A DNA stretch of 64,000 nt from Vicugna vicugna (lineage: Eukaryota), in assembly GCA_013265495.1 (NCBI GenBank), contig MU057521.1, positions 868,001 through 932,000 of the forward strand. Direction: 5' to 3'. How positions within the stretch are numbered: the first letter of the stretch is position 1; each line of letters starts with the position of its first letter. Below the pieces are notes generated by a model. That model ran no database searches. It was given only the letters and a program-made list of their open reading frames with translations, and had not been told where the DNA came from. Of this stretch, positions 37,971-50,465 are shown piece by piece. A program made the translations under genes and the position numbers.

Positions 37971-39189
37971 ATTCTCCTCTGACATTTCCTTTGCTTCCTC
38001 CTCCGACTTGCAATGGGGGGTGAGGAGGGGGATGCTGGTATCCACACACCTGCCCTCGCTCCCTAACCATGTGCTTAGAGTCTTACAGCTGGCAGAGATT
38101 TCTGTCCAACATTCCAGGTCCGACCCTCAGTTTCCAGTATAACAACAGAAGAAGCGGTCTCCGCGTGCGCCCAAACCCCCTCAGCTCCCTCCTGGCCTGG
38201 TGGCCACCGACCAGCTCACACATCACACACTTTCCTGCGGGCTCCTGCCCCGAACAGCCTGTCTTCCTGCTCCCTTGATTTATTTTTCGCCCATTCTCTT
38301 GTCTCACCTACACACCAGGTTTCCTGTCTCTCTTTCTACCCATTGTTTGGCTGCCAGTTGGCCTAACCACTCTATTTCCCGCCTTTCTGCCACAAACACC
38401 TTTGTTTATATAGAACACACAGGGTTTGGCATCTTGTCTACAGACAGACAGTCCACAGGCCTCAGGTGTGGCTCAGGCTGAGACAGGAGGCCCTTGTTTG
38501 TACCAAGCTGTGCTGTGCTGGCCTGAGGTGACCGCCCCTACTCCATCCCTGTGCCTCAGTTTCTCCTGGACAATGAAGGCATGGAACTCGGTAGGAATAA
38601 CAGGCTCCAAATGAGCCAACAAGGGTGAGCAGGGGACATCAGGTAGACCCTGTGCTGACCTCATGTTTCCAACTCACTCCAAAATAGCCGGCACAAGTCC
38701 AGCAGATCTGTGGCTCCTTGGACTGTGAGGGCGAGGCCAGGGCTTGCTTCTGTTAGTACAGTGCACTCTCCAAGCATTGAAGTAAAAGCTACTCAGCCTG
38801 CCCGCCCCTCCAACCCCAAAATAAGGATTTTCAGAGATCCTAGGATCAGAACTCAAGGATGCAGGGGCTGCAAGCACAGATTCCTGCATTGAAAGCAGGG
38901 CGCTGGTCATCTGTTCTGACTCTAAATTTGGGGAGGAACTCTGAGAGCGGCTTTGCAAACTGCACGAGATACTGCTGTGTCGTGAAAACCGGTGCAGGCA
39001 AGATTTCTAGGCAGAGTCAGTGTTGATTCTCGTTACGTGGGCAGAAGGTCAACAGAAATGGAAATCTCCTGCCAGAGCCCGAGCAGCAAGGCTGAGCAGA
39101 AGGGAGAAGAGTCAGCAGGTCCCAACCACGCTTCCAACATATCCGGCCGTCGAAGGAGGAGACCACAGTTGCCTCCCTGCCCCAGGTCT

Positions 39190-39380
39190 TTTGCTGGGCA
39201 CCTGAGCACATGAATGATCTCATTTCAGCCCCGTGCCTCTTGCAGACATTATTATCACTGTTCCATGCTGCTGTTTTAGCTGAGGGGAAAGAGGGCAAGT
39301 CACTTCCTTGGATACACACACAGAAAGAGAAAGCAAGGGTTAGAACCTGACTCCAGCCCATACTTTTCCAACGTGCCTTG
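39190..39380 (-). mobile_element. Degraded MIR
   Basis: ATCTCATTT..ATTATTATC..AAGTCACTTCCTTGGATACACAC..TAGAACCTGACTCCAG. Confidence 0.55.
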
Positions 39381-39979
39381 CCCTCTGTGCCCTGTGAGCA
39401 GAATGGATGCAGCAAGGTTGTCTCGGAGGAGTAACAAGTTTCATTACATGATTGTTTTTTTGTGTTAGGAGGGAGCCATGCGTGTTTGTCAGGGAGGGAG
39501 GGGGTCACTGGCAAGAGGAAGAGGAAAGACTCCGAGACCAAGAGAAGGGCTCTTCTTCCTGTGGGTTCTCGAGGGAGGGAGAGAGGATGGGAGACAAAGG
39601 GACTAAGATTTTTCTCCATTTAGAAGGGTTTACAAATAGCCTCACATTGGGACCTTTCCACTGCCTCAGACTGGACTCTTCTTTACTGGGTGTAAAGCAG
39701 TGAGGTTTCTCTATGGTCATGATCAAGTTTGCCCAGAAAAGCTCAGAGATCACTGAACTAGTGTTCATCCCTTTCTCCCCTTTACCACCCACCTTCGATG
39801 CCCTGGACGAAGTGATCCGTGAGAACAGAGTGGGAGCAATGGTGTGGAAACAGAGTGTAGAACCTGGACCAGTTTGGGTAAGGAATGGGAGAATGTTACA
39901 GTTTTCTGTTTGAGTCCTCTGCCATCAGAGTGAGCCTTGGTCAACATTACAAAGCTTAGAGCCCCAAGATGGCAGCCTG

Positions 39980-40140
39980 TATTATTAAGCCTCCTGCACG
40001 CGATGCTACAGCCTTTAAGGTATTGCTAGCTCTGCTTCAGAGGTGAGGAAACTGAGTCAGAGAGAAAGAGCAGCAGACCTGTCTGAGCTCAGCGGAGGCA
40101 AGTAGGCAGAGAAAGGCTGAAGTGCAGTCTTCTAGCCACA
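39980..40140 (-). mobile_element. Degraded MIR
   Basis: AGAGGTGAGGAAACTGAGTCAGAGA core. Confidence 0.6.
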
Positions 40141-40819
40141 GGCTAAGTTCCCCTCTTTTGTCTAGAGTAATAAAAATCAGGATTTTAAAGTCTATTCCCT
40201 TACTCACCCCCGAGGGCTCAAGAACTCCTTCTTCTTGCTTTTTATGACTCTGGTTTTGCCTATAGAAGTAAGTGGCACTATAAATCCCAAATAGCTTCCT
40301 ACCTGCTGTTCTTCCCTAGTGAGACTTGAAGTGATTACCAGATACAGTTTCAGGCCCTGCAAAATGATAGGAACCTTAGAGAGTTTGCTGTCTGCTCAGA
40401 TTTGTCCAGGAGAAAGGATCATTTACATGGCATTTCATTATCTCAAAAGAGGTAGCAATAAATATGTTCTGTTACCAAGAACAGACACTTAACTAATTTC
40501 TGTAACTGGAGATCTTTCTACTGGAATTACAGTAGAACTCCCAAGTTCAAACACTTTTCCTTTCCTGATTAGACAGTCTGGTACTGAATTGTCCCTCCTT
40601 AAGACGAGTTGCAGTAGGAAATCATCATTCTTTTGAACAATGGGTAGAGGTAGAGAAGAAAAAATTTCAGTACTGTATCTGCCCCCAGTCCTATGTGGCC
40701 CCACTCATGCCTGACCACCGAGGGCTGCCTCCTCCTATGCAGATGGGAAGAAATTGGTTGATAGTCTGAAAGCTGTCTTTTAAAGAGGACAACACCTGCT
40801 TGGGGGCCCAAGTTATTGA

Positions 40820-41100
40820 GAAGTACACATTAAGCCAGAATCTTAATGCGGCTGTCAGAATTACAATGATTGACAGTTGGGAAATCTCATTATGCATTTC
40901 CGCAAGATTGCAGAAAGCTTTGATTAGCATTTAGACATTCACATTTGCAGGAGCAGCGTTTTTCTTTGCTCTTAAACAATATTTGATAACACTCAGGCCC
41001 AGCACTGAAACTCTATCATGTACTGATGGTGAGGCCGGTGCCGTACAAAATAAGATGTGGTTTGTTTTGTCTCTCCTTAATGTCATCTCGGCTAGGTCAA
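40820..41100. promoter_or_regulatory. Candidate enhancer (PBX-MEIS/PREP and homeobox motifs)
   Basis: No recognisable repeat. TGATTGACAG at 40867-40876, CTGTCA at 40852-40857, paired CATTAAG/CTTAATG. Motif evidence only. Confidence 0.4.
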
Positions 41101-41534
41101 CTTTGGTCTTCCTTCTCTTGGACAAAGAGGGAGCTGAAGAGAAGTTATTCAACCTTCAATTTGTTTCCAGGATATGACACACATATGCTCTTGACCTCTG
41201 AAAAACATTTCCAAATTCTTACACGTAATAAGAAGGAAGGCCAAAGCAGGTGGTTTTAAGAGAAATAAATCTAAGTGCAACCTTTATTTGCAACCAAGGA
41301 GGGTCACAGGTATACATTTGGTTAAATTAAACTCTATAGTTATAAGAAAATTTGCCTGTGGTCAGAAAGGATATTTTCACAGCATCTTGATTTGATGCTT
41401 GAAATCATAGGTGATTAATGGTAAAAATGAGATTTTTTTCCCCCAAAACTACTCCTTGTAGCACAGCATATGGTGCTGTTGCATCACAATGGCCATGAGC
41501 TCCACTCACTGGAATAGTTTTTGGACACAGTGAT

Positions 41535-41622
41535 TGTGTTGGTCTTTAAGCTATTGCTTCTCTGCTTCACATCCACTATTTTACACTCTGCTTTGTGATT
41601 TTGGAGCTGGGTGGCTGTAAAT
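41535..41622 (+). mobile_element. LTR33-like (ERVL) 5' fragment
   Basis: TGTGTTGGTCTTTAAGCTATTG..TACACTCTGCTTTGTGAT..GGAGCTGGG. Confidence 0.7.
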
Positions 41623-41992
41623 CCCATTTTCCTTTTTTTTTTTTCCTACTCTTCTAAAATAGACTTTAACTGCTACAGAGTTTCATTTTACTAATGTCTA
41701 TTCCAAATGAAGAGACTTTTTGAAATCCATTATTTGGAGCACTTCATTCCCATCAAAATTCTTCCAAATGGGGTATTTTATGAAAATGAAATGTTTAATG
41801 AGGCCTCTAGGGTCAGAGATCATACTCTTGTAAGGCTCCTATCAGCAGTAAAGAGCACAAAGGAGATGTGAATGCCACAGATTTGAGAAAGACCTGCTCA
41901 TCCTACTAATCTCATCACAGACAGGTAAATACAGAAAATTATTGCAAACCTCCAAGGCTGCCTAAAACTCCTTATTCCCTGCAGTGCTCTCC

Positions 41993-42333
41993 TGCTATGG
42001 TCTGAATATTTGTGTCCTCCAAATTTATATGTTGAAACCTAACCCCCAAAGATGATGGAGGTCATGAAAAGAAGGTGGAACCTCATGAGTGGACTTAGTG
42101 TCTTTATTAAACAAGAGAGGTTTCTAGCCCCTTCCATGGACCCTGGGAGGATACAGGGAAAAGGTGCTGGCTATGAACCAAGAAGAGCGTTGTCACCAGA
42201 ATGCTGTCACCAGAACACACCATGTTGGCACCTTGCTCTTGGGCTCCCAGTTTCCAGAACTCTGAGAAATCCATTGCCGCTGTGTATAAGCTATCCAGTC
42301 TGCGGTATTTTGTTATGGCAGCCTGAATGGACA
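41993..42333 (+). mobile_element. MaLR solo LTR, MLT1A-like
   Basis: TGCTATGGTCTGAATATTTGTGTCC..ATATGTTGAAACCTAACCCCCAA..TATAAGCTATCCAGTCTGCGGTATTTTGTTATGGCAGCC. Confidence 0.9.
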
Positions 42334-43114
42334 GTGCTCCAGCTAACCATTCTGACTAAGGAAGAGGTAATACTGGGAGCTGTGGACACCTCCAGGGCCC
42401 AGAGGAACCTCTTTGAAGGTTTTGCACAACAGGGTACGACTGCAAAAGTTCCCATCAAAGGTGACACAAGCCAGAGCCTTGTGCCCTGTTCCTAAGGAGA
42501 GGAGAGAGAGCAGTAGAAGAGGCTCTGGCAAGTCAAATGGCTGAGAAGACGTGACCCACGAGGAGATCAGATTCCAACTTCAAGTCCCCAGACTGAAGCT
42601 GTTCGTTTCCACGTTAGTAAATTTTATATTAATATTCACCATGGACAACTCCTGAGACTCTTTCTTGAGTTCCAAAATTCATAAATACTATTGCTAATTG
42701 GCAGACCCCTGTTGCATTTTCCCTATAAAACACATAAATGAAAACATAAAGAAATAGAGTCACATTGAGATGTGGATGCTTGACAAGACACTCTGAACGT
42801 AAGGGACTGGCCCCACACCCTGGCCTCCTAGGGTAAGAGATTCAGATCATGTCTCAGCAACTTAAATCCCTAAGTCATGGTTCTTCCATGTCATTTGCTA
42901 AGGGTGTCCAAGAATAGTCTAGCAAATAGTCAAAGCTAAGAAAGTTAAATCCTGCAGTGCCAAGGGTCTAACTTTTTTATCGACTTTGGTTGGTCTATTT
43001 TGATTAAAATCTAGTAACCAAAGTTCATATAAAGTGAAAATACAACATGACATATTGGAAATAGGATGAAATTTGGAGGGGGTAGGTTTTACATAGAGGT
43101 TCTGGGGCACAGCA

Positions 43115-43213
43115 CGTGACCTCGGAGTCCTTATCGGTAAAATAGAGCTAACAATGATATTCACTTCCCCACATTGTTGTGAGAATAAACGCAACATTTC
43201 ATGCCAAAACACT
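43115..43213 (+). mobile_element. MIR fragment
   Basis: CCTTATCGGTAAAATAGAG..ATTGTTGTGAGAATAAA. Confidence 0.6.
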
Positions 43214-43269
43214 CTACCACAAGGACAGCTTGTGATCCCAGGAGCCCCGTTAGAGCTCTTACTAACCCC

Positions 43270-43352
43270 TATATGTTAGCCAGCATAGTGTCTGGCACGC
43301 AATGGGTATTCAAGCAATGCTCGCTGACAACTGAATGAATGAATAAATGAGT
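43270..43352 (+). mobile_element. L2 3' terminus
   Basis: AGCATAGTGTCTGGCACGCAATGGGTATTCAA..(TGAA)n. Confidence 0.75.
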
Positions 43353-45022
43353 GCATTCCATGATTTACTGAAATATCCTGAAAGTATCTTCATGCTATGC
43401 AAGAGTTTATATAGCTCTTAAAAGAGCTCGTGTCAGAGAGAAGGGACCCAGACATTGGAAGGATCTGGACCATTTGTTGTAATTCATTTAAATGTGATCC
43501 TTCTCCTGAGAAGCTTTAAGAACTTTCCAGGAATTGTATCATTAATCATGAATCCTTCTGATAAGAAAGAGTGCAAGGAAGAAAGCATGCCAGCTCCAGC
43601 AGCTGTCTGACACCTAGAGAAACTGAGGCACAACCTGCTCTCCCTGATCAGTACCTCTGGGCCCTGTGCCTTCTGGTCCTCAGAGACTGGCTGTTTCCAG
43701 AAATCAGCGATAAAGAATGGCAAAAATCTGTTGCCTCTACGTCACCTAACCACATTTCTGCTGGCAGGCCATATTCTTATTTCTTCTCCCCTCTTCTGGA
43801 AAGGAGAAAATAACCTGGTGTTCTCCACTGACTCCTGGTATGCATAGCCTGGCTGTGAAATTTGCTCAGCAAATACAGTTGCAGGTTCTGGCTTTTCTAC
43901 AAAACAGCCTCAATATTTAGATAAATAGGGCATAGAGATGATTTGACCAATAACCGCTAAATTCTCTTATTAACATCCATTCATTAGAAGCTGTGTGCTT
44001 CTAATGAAGCAAGACCCCACAGCTCAGAACACTGCAGGGGAAAGTGAAAAGATTTGCTTGTGGCTGACTTCCTCCCAAACCCTGTGCTCTGTTTCACTAT
44101 CTGGCACAAATCCACTACAGGCCAGATGAGTTTCCCAAATTCTATCAGTGAAAATGTCCAGGAATCCAAAGATGCTTGTTATACTGCTTAAAGCACTGGA
44201 GATTACATTTCAATGTTAGGCAAAGCTATAAACAAAACTCAAGCTTATCTATTCGTGGCATTATTCCTCCTGAATCTTCTTACTAAAACACCAAAAATGA
44301 TACCCCACCAAGCCCCTCACAGCACCAGGAAAGGACAGGCCAGTCCCATTGCCACCAGAGGCTATTTGAGAACATGAAATGTCATATAAAGATGATTCAT
44401 CGTTGGAAATTGAAAGCAGTAAGTAACTTGTGATAAACGAATTTCAGAAAAAGATTTTTTTCCTGACCAGCCAAGAGGCAATTGAGGATGCTAAAAATAA
44501 CGCTTTTTATGGTTATAGGACATGACCCTCTATAAATAATAAAATAATATTAATTTTCACTAGCGATTCCACCAATCATAAATAATATAATCACTAGAGA
44601 TTCCATCAATGTTCAATGGTTCTTAATAAGGTACTAAATCTGTGACTGAATCTACCTTTGTGAGGCACATTACAATCAATTGTCTAGACGTCCGACACTC
44701 CACTTGACCTTGAGTTTTTTGAGGACCTAAACATCTAGTAGGTGCAGGGAAAATGAAAGGAAAATTTAAATAATTGCTCCAAGTAAGGAAGACCCTGGAA
44801 GTTTCCATGGGAGCACCCCTTCTGAGGATGCAAAGAGCCATCTGACAAATGGGAAGAGAGGACTCTGAAAGGGGCTGAGGGAAGCAGCAGTGGGGACACA
44901 TGATTATATCAGAGGTGACCAGCCCCTGTAGGAAAGGAGCTCGGAGGTCTGCTCAGGACAGGGCATTAAGTGACAGAAAAATATATTTATGTTTAACTAA
45001 CATTTACAACTGAGTCCACCAT

Positions 45023-45354
45023 TGTGTTAGTCCATTCATGCCAGGTGGCTTAAACAACAAACATTTCTTTCTCACAGTTCTGGAGGCTGAGAAATCCAAG
45101 ATCAAAAAGCTAGCATGTTGGGTGTCTGGTGAGGACCTGTTTCCATTTCATAGACAGCCACATCTCGCTGTGTCCTCTCATGACAGAAAGCAAGGAGCTG
45201 TCGGGGTCTCTTTTATAAGGAAACTAATCTCCTTCATGAAAATTGCACCCTCATGATGTAATCGCCTCCCAAAGGCCCAGCCCCTCAAACCATCACATTG
45301 AGGGGTTAGGATTTCAACATATAAATTTGGGGGAGACACGTTCAGTCCTCAACA
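45023..45354 (-). mobile_element. MaLR solo LTR, MLT1A0-like
   Basis: GGTGGCTTAAACAACAAACATTT.TTTCTCACAGTTCTGGAGGCTG..GTTAGGATTTCAACATATAAATTTGGGGG. Confidence 0.9.
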
Positions 45355-45444
45355 ACAACTCGCCCATTGATAACCAGTTCCCTGGGCGTTCTAGACCTCA
45401 GTGTTTCTTTCATCCCCTTTTTAAGGAGAGCAGCAAGTGAATCC

Positions 45445-45630
45445 CCGGACAGTGACATGGAATCCCAGATCTGCCATTTGCTACCTGTGAAAATGCGGAG
45501 AAGTTTCTTCATCTATTTAAACCTCATTTCCTCACCTGAAAATTGGGATAATAACGACTACCTGGGGATTCTGTAAAGGTTAAGGGTCAAAGGAAGTCAC
45601 TAGCATAGTTTAGGGCACTCAGGCACGCAA
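45445..45630 (+). mobile_element. MIR SINE
   Basis: AATCCCAGATCTGCCATTTGCTACCTGTGA..CCTCATTTCCTCACCTGAAAATTGGGATAATAA. Confidence 0.75.
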
Positions 45631-46154
45631 TTTAAAAAAAAAACAACAAAAAAACCCTATTGGATATATGCTATATTCTAGCAACTTCCTACTGCTACAG
45701 GGCTGACAGCTGTCAGATTCTGTAACACACTTGGGATGAGAGGGAAGACAGGTGGCCCAGAAGTGTTAAAAAATAGGGGTCACTGCAGTAGAGTATATAT
45801 CATCTAAATACCCATTCAGAGCCATAGTTATCATTCACCCAGTATTAGGCTTTTTCCTTCTTGGTTACAATAAATGATTATTGTCAACTTTGACTTTTTA
45901 GGGTCACAGAGTGGTGATTCATCACAGCAAAAGACTCATGGGCACACAGCAGCCCCAACTCTCCAGCAATAATTCAGATCAAAATCTATCCAGTCTCATC
46001 TAGGATAGGCAAACAGAAGAATATGCATCAGAAGCCTCTCTAATCGATACGCTTATCACTGATTTAAATAAGCTCAGTGGTCTGTAGAAACACCGGGGAA
46101 GTACAGCAAGCAGCTGATGAGATCGTGGGAGAATCCTTTTGCTGGAAGCAGTAA

Positions 46155-46377
46155 GAGCAGCATGGTCTTGTGGGAAACGCATGGACACTGGAGACCAGAG
46201 ACAACGGTTCCTCACTCAGCCCTGCTATTACTTACTGATTGAGTGACTGGAGGCAATTTCCCTAATTTTGCCTCAGTTGCTACTTCTGTAAAATGGGGCC
46301 ATTCATATATACTTTGCAAGGCTGCAGGGAGAATTAAATGAAATGAGGCTCATCAAGCCCCTGGCCCATAAATATTT
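46155..46377 (+). mobile_element. MIR SINE
   Basis: GCCTCAGTTGCTACTTCTGTAAAATGGGG..GAGAATTAAATGAAAT. Confidence 0.8.
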
Positions 46378-47787
46378 GTTTTTTTTTTCCTCTTGAATTC
46401 CTATTATAATGGTATATCAGGTTTATGCCATACTGTCAACAATTCACTTATTCCATTTATTATAACACAGGCTGACAATGTGTTCTTACTTACAGACAGC
46501 CCTAGACCATTATACAGTAATTTGTCCGAAAGAGTGAATGAGATCTAGCAATGTTCTCAAGTGCCCTTCTGTGAGATAAGCTTCTGAAGGTCAAGGTAAA
46601 CATCTTATTTATTTTTCAGATCCGCTGGAGTAGCAACACGGTGCTGGTCATGGGGCAGTGCTCAGTAAGTATTTGTGGAAACTGGTCTGTTTGTCTCAAA
46701 ACATTAAGATGATCCATTTGACTAGTTCTACATGGCATTCCTCCCAAATAAATCACTATTTATAAACATACCTTGTTCAGCAGTTCCCACCTCGAATTTT
46801 TCAACTCTCGGGTTTTCAAAGGGATCTGCAGAGACAAGAAATTTGGGAACCATGATGTCTTTTGTTCGTTCCTGTTAGGTGTTCTACCCCCCACCCCCAC
46901 TGGGCAGGGCAGTGAGCAGAGTCACCAGACGGTGTCACGTGGTCCCAGATCTGCCATTTTCTATCTGTAGAACTGACTGCCTGCTTCATCACCTCCTGAA
47001 CCTAAATTACTATTCTACTCTGGTCCAAACTTACTGAATTAAAACAAAATGGCTGGATCTACTACTCTAGGGGGAATTGCAGTTTCTGCTTCTGGTGGTA
47101 CTCAGCCTGGCAGAACCATTTTTAAGTGTAGGTTAAAAAGGCAGTGACTGTGGGTCTTTGAAATGTTCCCTCCAACCCAACTCACAAAGGACTATTTCCT
47201 TATTCTCACTAGCTGGCCCAGGCTTCTAAAGTTCCCTGCACAAAAGAGAGAGTCATTCTCTGAGGTTTAAGGTGTTTCCCTTCCACCAATCTCTCAGGAA
47301 ATGTCCACAGTCAATCTCTTGGTTTATGAGTTTCCATAACCGAGAAACAGAGATCTTCCTTCAGGTCTTTGAAGGTACTAGGCATTTTGTGCTCTACCAG
47401 ACTCTGGACTTCTTTCTCTCTACCTGTAAAATGATGTCCTCTCCATCCCAACTCCTACCAGCATTCCCTCTTCACTTTGCCAGTGACTCCTACTTCTTAC
47501 CCTACAGTCCCCTCTGCTCCAGAAATCCCTCCCTGCCTTTCAATGTGTTCTTATGGCACCTGTTTGGTTCCCCATCATAGTCGATTAATATTCAGTGAAA
47601 CACGTGCTGTTTATGAATGTGCATGCCCCATTACACTATGAGCCTCATGTGACCAGGGACATGCCTGTCCTATTAATCATTGTTTCTCTACACAGTGCCC
47701 ACCATGACCCCATTTACCTTCTATAGCATTCATCCCCATTCATCCTCCATTCTGAAAGCCAAGCTGCAAATGTTAAATGAAAGCTAA

Positions 47788-48054
47788 TTTTTTTGTTGAG
47801 ATATATTCAGTTTATAATGTTGTGTCATTTATGGTGTACAGCAAAATGTTTTTGCCACACATATACATACATATACTCATTTTCATATTCTTTTCCATTA
47901 TAGGTTACTACAAGATATTGAATATAGTTCCCTGTGCTCTGCAATAAAAACTCGTTGTTTATCTATTTTATATATGTAGTTAGTACCTGCAAATCTCCAA
48001 CTCCTGATTTATCCCTTCCCACCCCTTTCCCACCCTAGCAACCATAAGTTTGTC
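47788..48054 (-). mobile_element. 5'-truncated artiodactyl/camelid-type LINE-1 3' end
   Basis: TTTTCATATTCTTTTCCATTATAGGTTACTACAAGATATTGAATATAGTTCCCTGTGCT..AACCATAAGTTTGT. Degenerate TSD GAAAGCTAATTT/GAAAACTTATTT. Confidence 0.9.
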
Positions 48055-49854
48055 GAAAACTTATTTTGTTTTTCTGTGTTAATCAGTGACACAAATAAAT
48101 GTATACCAACTTCCAATCAGCACAAATCAGGTTCCTTTGGTTAAAAGTAATAGAGACTATGATTATTGCAATGTATTGGCAGTATATCCGGTGGTTCAGA
48201 TACTGGAATAATCAAGTCTAGAAATTTGGATCTAGAGGGTGGTGGGTCAGAGAGTTTAGATCACTATTATAATCTCACCAGAGTGCTACCTCTTTTAACT
48301 ATGTCTTTTTTCTCATTCTGCTCAAAATTTAAATTCCAAGGTGGCTGGGGCCACTATCCCATCCCTTGGCCAGGGGAAGACTGAACATCTTGAGTAACAG
48401 TCTCACTGAACTTTATTAAATGGAGGAGAAATAATTTCCCACAAGGAAACTGAAACACTATTGCTAAACTAGATATTGGCTGCTAGAGAGTCAAAAGCAT
48501 TCTTTCATAAAATATGCAGTGTTGCCACATCCAGTCAGTTAAGTTATAATCAGAAGCAAATAATTTTAACATTTATGTTAGCCTGACTAAGCTTATCATA
48601 TGATGGATAATTTTCTCAAAACAAGAACCTGTTTTAATGCACTTTAAATTTAGCTTTGAGAAAGAGAAACTTGATGAGACAGAAGCAGGAAACAACTCTA
48701 TTCTTTCTCCTCACTGCGTGTTTGAGCCACTCCTGCCCACACGCTCTTGGATGAACTCTTGGCGAGATCCCAGGTCTTTGTCAGGCAACCTTTGGTAAGA
48801 AAAAGTTCGCCAGTCACTTTTAGAATCAAGGATAGCCTCCACTGAGTAACTAAAATTTCCTCGTCAGTTTAACAAATGAAACTACGAACTTCATTGAACA
48901 TTCCCGCCCCTGCAGATTGGCTTTGTCTCTGGCTGGGAGCCTCCAGGATAAAGGGTTGGCAGGGTTGACTACGTACTGGTTTCTCTGCCTTTCCCCAAAT
49001 CTCCCCTAGCCAGGCAGCCTAGATTTCTGCATCCTTCAGGATGGTAGCCTGAAGGTGGGATTCAGGGGCAAGTTACTGGGGAGAAAAAGAAGCTTTGAAA
49101 AGAGCTTACTTAGCTGCTCCTGTCAAGATCTACTAACATGTTCTGTGCATATGGGCAATTCCCCTGCTGACTCTCTCATGGGGCACCTACTAGAAATGTC
49201 CATTTGCAGCTCTCTTGACTGAAAGGTGAGCGCTTTCCTCCAGCTGTCTTCTTAGGACATTCTCATCAGTTTCTGCATCTAAAAGTGCACTTCCAGCTTC
49301 TTGCTGGCAGGATGCCATTTCCAAGTGGCCTACATTTGGTCTACAGTGTGTCTTTACCTTGCCATCAGCAGAAGCCCAGCCTCCTCCCAGTAGTGACACC
49401 CTGGTGAAGGGAAAAATGCCGTAACACATCACCAACCACATCCGAGGAAATTCTCTTGACATCTCCAACCACAGTGCTTTTATATGCCGAAGGCCACAAG
49501 AAGGCTTATAGAAACCTCATTTGCATACATGGTCTTACACCGTACTTTGGAACCTGAGGGCACTTGCCATCTATTATTTTGCTCTGAGTCTTTGAAAGAG
49601 TTCCATTAAAAAATGTTGTTGTATAAACACCTATTATATTTTCTGAAAGTTGATCATGTACCAGGCACAGCTAATCACTGGGAATATAAACATGAACTGA
49701 GCTTCCTGCCCTCTAGAAGGTCATGAGATACACTTTAAGGTGGGAAGAAGTATATGAAAAAAAGTGTATAATAATCAAACATTCTTAGTAAGTATGGGCT
49801 TGAAAAACAATTGGTCCTTTTTGATCCTTTGCTTCCTTACCTTTAAAGATAAGG

Positions 49855-50465
49855 GGCTGGTTCCTCAAAAAAGTTAAACATAGGATCACCATGTGATCCA
49901 GCAATTCTAATCCTAAGCATGTACCTAAAAGCATTGAAAGCAGGGACTCAAACAGATTCCTGTGCACCAACATTCACAGCAGCATTATTTACAAGAGCCA
50001 AAAAGTGGATCTTTTGGCTCTTGTAAATAATGTGTCCATCAACAGATGAATAGATAAATAAAATGTGGTATATATGCACAGTGGAATACATTTATCCATA
50101 AAAAGGAGTAAGGTCTGATACACACTGCAACATGGACGAACTCTGAAAACATGCTAAGTGAAATAAGCCAGACACAGAAGGGTTATATTTAATATAATTT
50201 ACACTTATATAAGGTACCTAGAATAGTCAAGTTCGTAGAGACAGAAATAGAATGATGGTTGCCACGGACTGAGAAGAAGGGGGAATGGAAAGTTATTGCT
50301 TAATGGGTACAGAGTTTCTGTATGGAATGATGAAAAAGTTCTAGAAATAGATACTGGTGATGGTTGCAAAATATTGTAAATATACTTAATGCCACAGAAT
50401 TTCATTTTAAATGGTTGACATGGTAAGTTTTGTTATGTGTATTTTACCACCAAAAAAAAAAAAAT
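49855..50465 (+). mobile_element. LINE-1 3' region, L1MB-like
   Basis: TTCCTCAAAAAAGTTAAACATAG..ATGCTAAGTGAAATAAGCCAGACACAGAAG..GATGAAAAAGTTCTAGAAATAGAT..TTTTACCAC plus poly(A). Confidence 0.92.

Noticed and set aside
46777..46855. Possible tiny hAT MITE (CAGCAGTTCCCA...TGGGAACCATG)
   Set aside because: The terminal match is short and imperfect, no 8-bp TSD is evident, and the family cannot be assigned.
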